A DNA stretch of 61,168 bases from Xylographa opegraphella (taxonomy: Eukaryota): contig JALDZX010000059.1 of assembly GCA_022813865.1 (NCBI GenBank), forward strand, positions 62,001 through 123,168, read 5' to 3'. A program made the translations under genes and the position numbers. The notes beneath the pieces were generated by a model. The model saw nothing but the letters and a program-made list of their open reading frames with translations, did no database searches and was not told the DNA's origin. Below, one piece after another: positions 52,466 through 61,168 of this stretch. Numbering within the stretch: the first letter of the stretch is position 1; each line of letters starts with the position of its first letter.

Positions 52466-52862
52466 GTGTACGTTACGGAGGCGGGGCCTCGTGTCCGGGT
52501 CATATATCTGTGGTGTGCGAGACATCTCACCTCCGAGTGGCAGCAACTCGCTGGCGGTCATCTGCGGCATTTGGAGCACGAGTAGGGGGGGGAACATATC
52601 GGTAATCGTGGACATAGCATAGAATAGTTCGGCCGCGACCGCAAGACCACAACGACATGTCCATATCCTGCTCGCGCACGATCCCGTAGCCTTGGCCATT
52701 GACTTCCCCAAATTCCTGGTGAGTATATCCAGAGCCAAAACAAAATCACGTGCCTGATCTCCAGATCTCGCATCAGAGCCTATGCATTCTCCTCCATCAA
52801 CCAAGCAAGGAGCACAGCCTTCCCCCCCCCAACCCCCTCCCCCCCACAAGGATTACCTCACT

Positions 52863-52897
52863 AATGCACTGCACTGCACTGCAATGCAATGCAATGC
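52863..52897. repeat. Compound (TGCAC)n(TGCAA)n pentamer microsatellite
   Basis: aatgcactgcactgcactgcaatgcaatgcaatgc seen directly. Confidence 0.85.
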
Positions 52898-53059
52898 GAC
52901 GCGATGCGGCCCCCCTTCAGCCAATCTTCTATTCCCCGGAGTACGCGCCACGGCAGCCGGGAGGTTTCTCGTCCTATCTCCTCATCGTTATCGATACGTG
53001 TCGGATCTTCAAACGAACATCCTCCCGCCGCGCCTGTACGCGGTACCGATTTTCGAAAT

Positions 53060-53234
53060 ACCGACGGTGCCGATCTGTTGCGCTGCCGCCTTTCGTCGCT
53101 GGCGGTCCGCTTGAATTGCGGTTCGTTGATGCGATCGTGTTACTGCCTGTGTATGTACCATCTTCGAGAACCGACGGTCCCGATAGGTTGCGCTGCTCCC
53201 GTTCGTCGCTGGCGGTCCGCTTGAGTTGCGGCTC
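53060..53234. repeat. Imperfect ~65-bp direct repeat with 110-bp period
   Basis: accgacggt...ttcgtcgctggcggtccgcttga.ttgcgg.tc at 53060 and 53170. Confidence 0.9.
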
Positions 53235-56200
53235 TCTGATGCTATCTATGGCATTACTGCCGAGTGTGGGATGAGCGCTCCTCTCCCGCCCCTTATGCGC
53301 AGGATGGATAGTTCCCAATTCGCGGCCGTGGGCACACGTGAGCAGAGCAGCGCTTCGGGTTTGCAAGAGAGCAGGCGCGCGTAAGTGCTACGGTTTGGGA
53401 TGGCTACGATTCCGTCACTCGAGGGGTTTTTGTCCCGACAGGGTGGCTGGCTGTCTGGCGACGGTAACTTTGCCTTCGAAAGGATCGTCTTGTCTGGAGG
53501 GCGGAGCAGTTGAATTGCCATTCTCGTTACGACGATTAATGTTCTGTTTCTTTTGTATGTGTCCTGAATATGGATCCCTGCCGACGCCTCGTGATCTACT
53601 CCCCTTCTCCCACTCGGGACCCTCGCTCCTCTTCATCCATTTCGAATCCTCTTCCCTCTCCTCAACCCCGCTTCCACCTGAGCCTCATACTACAGTGTCC
53701 CAAAGTGCCCCAGTCCACCCTCGTTCACTCCCCACATCCCCATCACCCCCACCTCTTCGCCTTCGAGGCCATCGCTCAAACACAGCCACACCGACCGCAC
53801 TGCGATCTCATCGAAACCCGAGCCAGCCACTGGCTTCAGTCCCACGGATCCTATAGAAACATATCGTATGCCTATAGCCCCTGGTGGTATGCTGACGGTA
53901 ATCCATTGGGTGCTAATCGGCGTTCTTTTCAGAGGCCTGCCACGCCAGCTGAGGTACCATGCCAGGGGTATTCAGAAGATGGAAAGCACGCTGTTTGGCT
54001 CAAGAGTCCTTCTGGAGGCAAGTCAGGGTGGCAAGGGGGAGGCGGGAAGGAAAGCCGGGCGTGCGGTTGTTAGGGATCGCAGGAACGCGCTAATGGCAGG
54101 GTCGCGGGGGTTGGGGCGATGTTAGAGGTCAGCGGATGGTGAGGCTGGGCAAGAGGTTGTCCTCGGTGGCGGAAGTGGTCGCGGGTTTCGTGGTGTCCTT
54201 TTGTTGTTTGCGCCGAAGTCGCGACCGCTGCGGCGCCTGTGGGAAGGCGCTTTCACTTCGTGCGGTCTCCATTGCGAATTAGGCGGCGTAGAGAGCTTTG
54301 ATATTGTAGCCTGTATTGCATCCCTATCCGTTCACGTAGGCAGACGTCTCACTTTTCCAGTACCCGGTAAATCCGAGGGTTCGAGAGCAGTCGACACATT
54401 GCTTCCTCATGATTGTGAGCCATTTATCTCGCCCTGTGGTTCGGAAAATTGCCTCTCCTCATCTAGCTAGCTCATCCTCAGAACATGAGGTCAAGAAACG
54501 CTGACAGTATGGAAACCTTTGTGTGGAAATTTGGAATTGAAAGAATAAATTCGATGGGAGGTGTTTAAGAACATTCAGGCCGAAGCCCTGAATGTAACCT
54601 GAACTGATTACAAAGGGGATAGTGTTTAGGATATGGGAGAGGACGAGGACCTTTCATCTCCTCGGATAGCCAGACTTACACCCAGGGAACCCTCTTCGGC
54701 GGCACCCCTCGGGGCTTGAGGTTTGCAGGCCCAAACTCCAGCACGTTGAATTGTAATGGTGCAGCTCAACTTAGCCTTGGCAGACAGACGCTGTACGCAT
54801 GGTATTCTTGTTGGACTACAACGACGTTGTAGCTAGGTTTGACGTAAACTGGAAACGGAGTGGCAGCTAGTAATAGGTCCTAGCTCGGCCCGAGGGCGGC
54901 CCGATGGGCCCCTAGCGCAAGATTTACTCGGTCGGCTCGGCTTTACTGCGAGACTGCGTACATAACTTAGGTACTTTAACCGTAATATTCTATACTAGTT
55001 TGTACTAATTTGTGTATCGTATTTAACATAAATGTGGCTGCTGTCGACCCTACGCCAAACACCACGCCCGAACGGCCCTCTCAGCGTGTGTGTTTCGCAC
55101 GACTTTCGATGCGAAAGCGCGGCTGGTAAGATAGCGCAATCCGCTGGCATGCCGAGGTGGTGCGCTACACCGATCCAACATCGCTGTTCAAGAGCCGCTG
55201 ATGATACCGCCGAGCGGCTTCAGGACATCAGAGGGGGGTGGGGGGGAGGCGATGAGCTGGCCTCGTAAGCTTCAAGGCAATTCGGAAGGCCCCCTGTCAT
55301 GTACGCGACTCGCAATCTGGTCCTGAGTTGTGAGCGTGGGGAGTCGCATATCTAACCGCTTTCCGTTCCCGCCATCGTCTGTTGACTCATCGCGGCTCGT
55401 TGTCAGCACTTTCGAAGGTCGGCGTGGTGGAAGTGTACGGCCACGCCCTTATTCTATGCGCACTCGCGCCCTTGCTCTCTCCGATAATGATTTACACAGA
55501 TGTACGCGCTTCCGTTGCCGTTGCGCCACTCGAATTTGCGCTTCAACGTTACTGATGATGGAGTGGTTTTCCACGCGATGATCGAGTTATCAGCAAGGTT
55601 AGCGTGTCCGAGTTTGCAGACAACTCGGAGAAAGGTTGTACCTATGGATTAGTATCTGAGGATCTTCGGCCTTCACGGATCAGCAGGCTGCAGGGATTCA
55701 CAGGCAGCGGACATAAGGTAATGTATGGTAGCAGTCATCATTCGAAATCGGTTTTAGCAGTACTCCGAGGTTATTGTTGCCTGTTTTTGTAATCCGTTTG
55801 ACTTCTGTGCGGTTTATTTGAGTCGGCAATATTCCCTGCGTCGTTCTGCCGTTCGTCGTGCCAGCACACATAACGCTTGCGCGTGTTTTATGACACTGCA
55901 TTGTTGCTGTCTCCCTTCTACCTTTCTCTTGCTACATGCATTGCTTGTGGTTTCATATGGCGCCAGGCCTTTCCGCACTGTGTGTTCTGGTCGCACTCCG
56001 GAGATATGCTCCCCCATCCAGGAGACAGAAGCACTATCCGCTCTACCTTTGCTTACAACAGGCTGGGTTATCGACTCCGAACGCCTTGAGCTGCAAGTGT
56101 CAGACGACGTGTGACTTGCTATGGAGTTTCTATATAATACGGAGCCTCGCCCTGCTCCAAGACCATCGAGCATTTACCCAACAACAGAACCTACAATCGT

Positions 56201-56987
56201 CATAGCTATCATCCCACGTGGACGCCGTCCAAGAGTCACTCTTGTCACGAACCCTTCTTGGTTTTTCATACTCCCCCTCGACCTCGACTCTGCTTTTGTC
56301 GTCTTGAACAGACTCTTTGCTTCGAAAGGGCCCGCTGTCACCGGTTTCTCGGCTGGCTCTCTGTTCCATCGCTTTCGGAAGCTCTGTATCCTCGAACTCT
56401 CACCAAGTCCTCTTCTGGCCTCGCCCTCACGTTGACTCAACAGCCTTGACCTTCTTCTGTCGCTCACGCAGCCTACCATCATGTCGTAAGAATGTTCATT
56501 TTATTCTTCATTTTGTCAGACCTACCGTTTGCAACACACCCTACATCTCACACTTGCACCACTGAACCTCCGTCGAACAGACCGTCCAGCAACAACTACC
56601 AACCCCCCCAAAGCTCCTTCCAACATACTCCAGCTATGAAGCGCTATCTCGGTGAATACGACCGCTACCAGCGCTCCCTTGTTGGGCCGAACGATGCTCA
56701 GTCTCCTGAAGATCGCGGCCAGACTGCTGACAATGGTAGCAAAACCCTCGATGCAGCCGTCAACGAGCGGCGTCGACAGCCAGAGACCCCATTGGGTCTT
56801 CCCGGACAAGGAAGGGGTATATGTAGCCTGCGATGCTTCCAACGCTACATCTTCAGCTTACTGACTTGACCAGGCGGACCGAAGATCTAGCCTTGCCCTG
56901 TGTGCCCGTGCAGTTATGACATGATGATGGTTCCCGAGAGCGACCGGAGACAGAAGGAGGGATGGGAATGCGGTAACGAGGGCGCAT

Positions 56988-57062
56988 AGGTGCAAAGGTG
57001 CAAAGGTGCAAAGGTGCAAAGGTGCAAAGGTGCAAAGGTGCAAAGGTGCAAAGGTGCAAAGG
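56988..57062. repeat. (AGGTGCAA)n octamer tandem repeat, ~9.4 copies
   Basis: Directly visible tandem repeat. Confidence 0.97.
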
Positions 57063-57404
57063 CGGTGGTCAGGGACGTCATCCCTCACCGCCGATTGGCG
57101 CGGTTGAGACCAATTCCAGTATCTCAGATTGGTGTCATAATGAATCCTTACCGAAATTCTCGTCCACTTTATGCACGGTCCGTGAATGTTCTGGATCCGT
57201 CCTTTCCTCTTTGTAACTTCGGAATCTCGAGCGAAGTAATCCTTAGCGCGTGATAGCCGCTCAGAACGTGTGGCGTCCAACAATTTCGGTCTAATAGGAC
57301 CGCCCGTGGTACGTGTGTTCAATAAGTTTATCTCCAATCATTTTACCGATAACCATTCCTCCAACACCATACCGAGCTGCTAACCATGATACTCTTAGTC
57401 GTGC

Positions 57405-57638
57405 GGAGCCACACACCATAAGTTCTTAGAATCCACTAATGTAATTACAGGGTATCAAACCATGGGTTAAGCGAAGCCGCTGGAGGACGGTTTAGAGGAT
57501 AGGCCACTAATGTACAGGGACACACCCATTGTGACTCCTCTATCGCTTCGCTAAAGATTAGCTGAGAATAGTTGATCGTGTTATAATAGCGAGCACTGTA
57601 TTACTAGTGGATTCTAAGGACTTATGGTGTGTGGCTCC
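57405..57638. mobile_element. MITE-like non-autonomous element with ~45-bp terminal inverted repeats
   Basis: ggagccacacaccataagttcttagaatccacta (57405-) is the near-perfect reverse complement of tagtggattctaaggacttatggtgtgtggctcc (-57638). No ORF inside and no clear TSD. Confidence 0.75.
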
Positions 57639-57689
57639 ACAAACAGCCTAGCTTACACTGATTGGAGCCCGAGATCGGGATACGGGCGC

Positions 57690-59010
57690 TAAACTAGCTT
57701 TGACGCGACAGCTTGCACGGGCCGCAGTCAGCCTCGCGCAACGTCGCGACGAACTCCGCAAAGAATTATGTAAATTCTTTCGAAAGAAAATAAGGGATGC
57801 GGCCGAACTTGTGGTTGGTGATACAATTACGCAGGCGTACTGCAGCAGGCCGGTACGAATAGTTGTTTGGCTGGCTATTTTTGATGATAGATTTTGCGTC
57901 GCTGACGATAGTGAGGGGGTGGTATCGAGGCTAATAATGATAATATTGTGTCGGTTTGAGCTTGTGTTGTTTGGCCGCGGTAATGTACCGGCTCTACGGT
58001 GCGAAAGAGTTGCGCCTTCGGGGATTATGCTGTTTCAGGGACGCAGTGTAATGAAAGCACTGTATTAATGATGCGTTGTTTGTTCAGAGCCGCGCTATCT
58101 TTAGCTCCGTCATTTGCCGACATTTCCCCCACGTCCCTTAGTTTGATAAGGCGTCGTTTTAAACCTTGCGACCTTTGGTCTTTCGAAACGCCTTTCACCC
58201 AAAAGGGACCCATCCGATCCTCCGGCTTTATGAACAGCCTACCATGAAACGTCGTGTCGACAAAAGACTTCGGCAGATCTTGCGCTTTTGGTTCGCCTTC
58301 TTTCAGACATATCACACGACTTTTGCTTAACTGAGCCGCTGTTTTAACCCTGGAATCTGCATGCTGTGCAACTTTTGATTCCTTACCTTTACCTTAGCTC
58401 GACGAGGCGCCATGTGATATGCTGATGCGCACCGCCAGAGGCTGATTGGTAAGGTATACGCGTCCGTTTGAGCGAAACAGTCGACGCGAACTCGCGCCCG
58501 CCACGGATTCCATTTTAGGAATCAAAGCCCGCGAGCTAACAAATTTCTAAACCATAGCTCATCACCGTGTGCAGCGTTTTGCCACCGCAGGTTGTAGCAC
58601 GAGTTCCCGAGTCGGGCCAGGCTCAGACCTTCGTGGCGCGGCACAGGCAATGTTGCCCCTAGGACAACGTCTTTGACCTTTCGGTACCGCCTGCCTTTAA
58701 GCACAGCGTGTTCGTGAAGTGGAAGCGATGGTACTAACTCGTTTAGGATAACGTCGTTGACCTTTCGGCACCACCTGCCTTTAACTGCAGCGTATTCGTT
58801 TTTAGTAGTTCACGCACCCCCCGTCCCACGTGTTCCACTCCACCGCCATGGCACAAGTGGAAGCAATGGAACTGACCCCGCTTGTAGGGTGTGAGCGGTG
58901 AGGTCGAATGGCTCAAGCCGAAAGGACCCAATGCCACCTTCGAGAGCCTGCCATCACGCAGCATCCTTGTCGCTTTCCCGAGATGCCCATCAATCACAAC
59001 GTAAAGCATG
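57690..59010 (-). pseudogene. Decayed ORF of unknown family with internal 28-aa repeat
   Basis: Protein-like minus-strand segments broken by TAA/TAG stops and frameshifts. An 84-bp-period repeat (58660-58715 / 58744-58799) translates to EYAAVKGRWCRKVNDVIL / EHAVLKGRRYRKVKDVVL. Confidence 0.4.
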
Positions 59011-61168
59011 AGTGGTTATGCTGTGCTGGGGGTTAAGCCTCACTGATGCTGGCTTGTCGGAGCTGCGAGGGCAACAATGATATCATTTATGTTATAAACC
59101 ATGTCGGAAAAAGCCGTACGTTAAAACCAAAAAGCTGGATTATCAGGGCTTGACCAACGAATCACTCTGATATGGGAGGTAAGGGGCTAATTTACCTCTG
59201 TACCCAATGGTCGCCTTTTGCCTAAAGGTCACGTTTTGTGCGAACCGCCTTTTGCCTAACCGCCTGTTTGCGAACAGTTTGTCGGCACCGTTGGTGTAGG
59301 TAAAGCCCAAATCTCGAGGGTTGCGATCCTCCCTGAATTTCGACTTGCGTTTTCACAACCTGTTAAAGATATGCGTGACGTACGGAAAGACCCCAGAAAG
59401 TGCCAACCCTGCTCAAGGGTTCGATATATAATGGATGGCCTCCCTCGCGTTCCAACAAACCAGATGAATCTCACTCCTGTTCACACCCATATTGTCACCG
59501 TGAACGGTTCGAGTTGCGCGCTCATCCCCACTCTGCCTCCTCGACTCTTTGAAAGCTTCCTGGCTCTCGCTTCAATCTATCACCCGCTTGCCCTACCTAC
59601 AACCATCTCCCTGTTGCGTGCGTCTCGATATTCCCGTGCCCTTCGTGCCGTCCTTCCATCACTTCTCGTCTGGAAGCTCTCCGACTTTTGCTCCTTTCAC
59701 ACGCCTCTCATCTCACAGACGTACACTGATTTTGCATCGATCCAATCTCCTGCACCTTACTTGGGATCTTACGTCCATTACAGCGCTTCTCACCGGCTTC
59801 TCGGATCCATACCTCCTCGCTGCTCTACTAGAGGACTTCATCGTCCGAAGTGATTCATCACCACGAGAAAGTCACCATGCCGTAAGAGCACCTGTTCGCT
59901 TCCGCCCTCTGAGTGAACAATGACGGCAGCTCATACATTCCTATAGCCCTCAGCCTGCTACTGACCACGGATGTCTCACTACTCGGGCTCGCAACAGTGG
60001 TTCCGCCATGTATCGTTACCTTTGCGAAGACGACCCATATCGCCGCTTCCTTGTTGTGGGACCGGACGAACGTCGTCCAACAAGCCAGTCTGCCGATCAG
60101 GTCAACAATCGAGCGCTTGCTCAACCTACCGTACGTTATCCGGTTGTGCAAGATGGCGGCCTGTTGAACCTTCCCGGACAGAAAAGAGGCTGGTGATATT
60201 CTGTTCTGGAACCACTTTTCACGCCGCTGACTTCAACAGATGGGTCTCGATTATAAGCCCCAGTCATGTCGGACGACAAACACCGTTCCCTTCTGATAAG
60301 ATGGCCAGATCGAAGTTGCAGGTGATGGATGAGGATGAGAAATGAGCCCATGTACTGATGTATTCTGCATCTGTTTTTGTGTTGCGCAGAGTACGCAAGC
60401 CAGGAAATATGAGTGATGACAGCGGTGCGAAACATTCTCCGGTCGCTGTCAAGCTATTCTAGTCACGAGACCAAGTGGAAGCATCAGCAACAGAGAAGAC
60501 AAGACATGAGTTACAGGCGGATAGAAAACTTGCAATCATAAATGCATGTGCACATTTGATGACCTCTGAAGAAAACTGCACGGTCTCTCGAGTACATACG
60601 TGCCTGATTGGAGCTACGTACAGCTCCGAGTAACCTCGCAAACTCGCTCTCAAATTCTTCTTAGGTTTCTTTAGCTACGCCCTTCAACTTCTGGAATTGT
60701 TTCTTGTCTTTAAAAAGGCCCTTATCGACCTCAAAATTCAGAGAATATTATTCGATATATATTGATGTTTGTATTCAAAGCTCTCCTCAAAGTGGCGTGT
60801 ACAGAAACTGGTGAGTTGATCCAGCGGCTGGTTAATTGTATCTGAATGCTAAAGCCTGAAGTACTCTTTAAGGAACAAGATAGGGAGAGGAGAGATATAA
60901 AAGATATATGAAGAGAAAATAACGAAGTTCCGACCCAAACAAGTTAATACAACAGGTGTAATGGAATCATATATACTCCGCAATAACTTTATATAAAGTG
61001 AAAACAACGAACGAGATAGCGACTAACGTAACCCTGATTTTAAATTAAACTGATGCATGGCTTCAAATTGCTGAACGAATGATTAATTATTCAAATTTAT
61101 CGTTCTTGTTAATTGGTAGAAGCATCACTTGCTGGTAGGCATAAAGGAATACCTGAAGGCTAGTTCTA

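Noticed and set aside
54350..54400. tRNA suggested by GGTTCGA
   Set aside because: T-stem and acceptor stem do not pair.
56988..57062. CRISPR-like array or repeat peptides (also 6506-6573 and 12791-12850)
   Set aside because: Perfect tandem microsatellites without spacers in a eukaryote; the peptides are translation artefacts.
60301..60417. Histone H3 tail-like micro-ORF MARSKLQ|STQARKYE
   Set aside because: Too short and weakly similar, with no histone fold following.

Overview
Intron-containing genomic DNA from a filamentous ascomycete (Pezizomycotina): short GT-AG introns with CTRAY branch points, a Zn2Cys6 factor and fungal-specific families. About 1-52.5 kb is a gene-dense housekeeping region: RPL9, MFS transporter, Mtr-like amino-acid transporter, GCV1, CKB1, Zn2Cys6 TF, Baeyer-Villiger monooxygenase, JmjC protein, SFH1, RPN13, RPL6, sterol-desaturase-like protein, alpha/beta hydrolase, glutaredoxin, beta-COP, mago nashi, VID24/GID4, CIA30-family protein and an allantoate-family MFS. 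Two accessory patches flank SFH1: 20.4-23.3 kb (secreted Cys protein, PTH11-like relic, orphan) and 25.6-28.9 kb (small protein with a bacterial-toxin-like RxDxD..KGxHxNV motif, and a bZIP-DUF3425 pseudogene). 52.5-61.2 kb has no intact recognisable gene: decayed ORFs, a MITE-like element, microsatellites and an AT-rich end. The most interesting signals are a 691-nt hairpin-rich intron in the CIA30 gene, the toxin-motif orphan, an aromatic-rich uORF overlapping the Mtr start, an H/ACA-like structure in the RPL6 intron and a structured stop-containing RPN13 intron. All family calls are by eye from motifs; no searches or folding programs were run.
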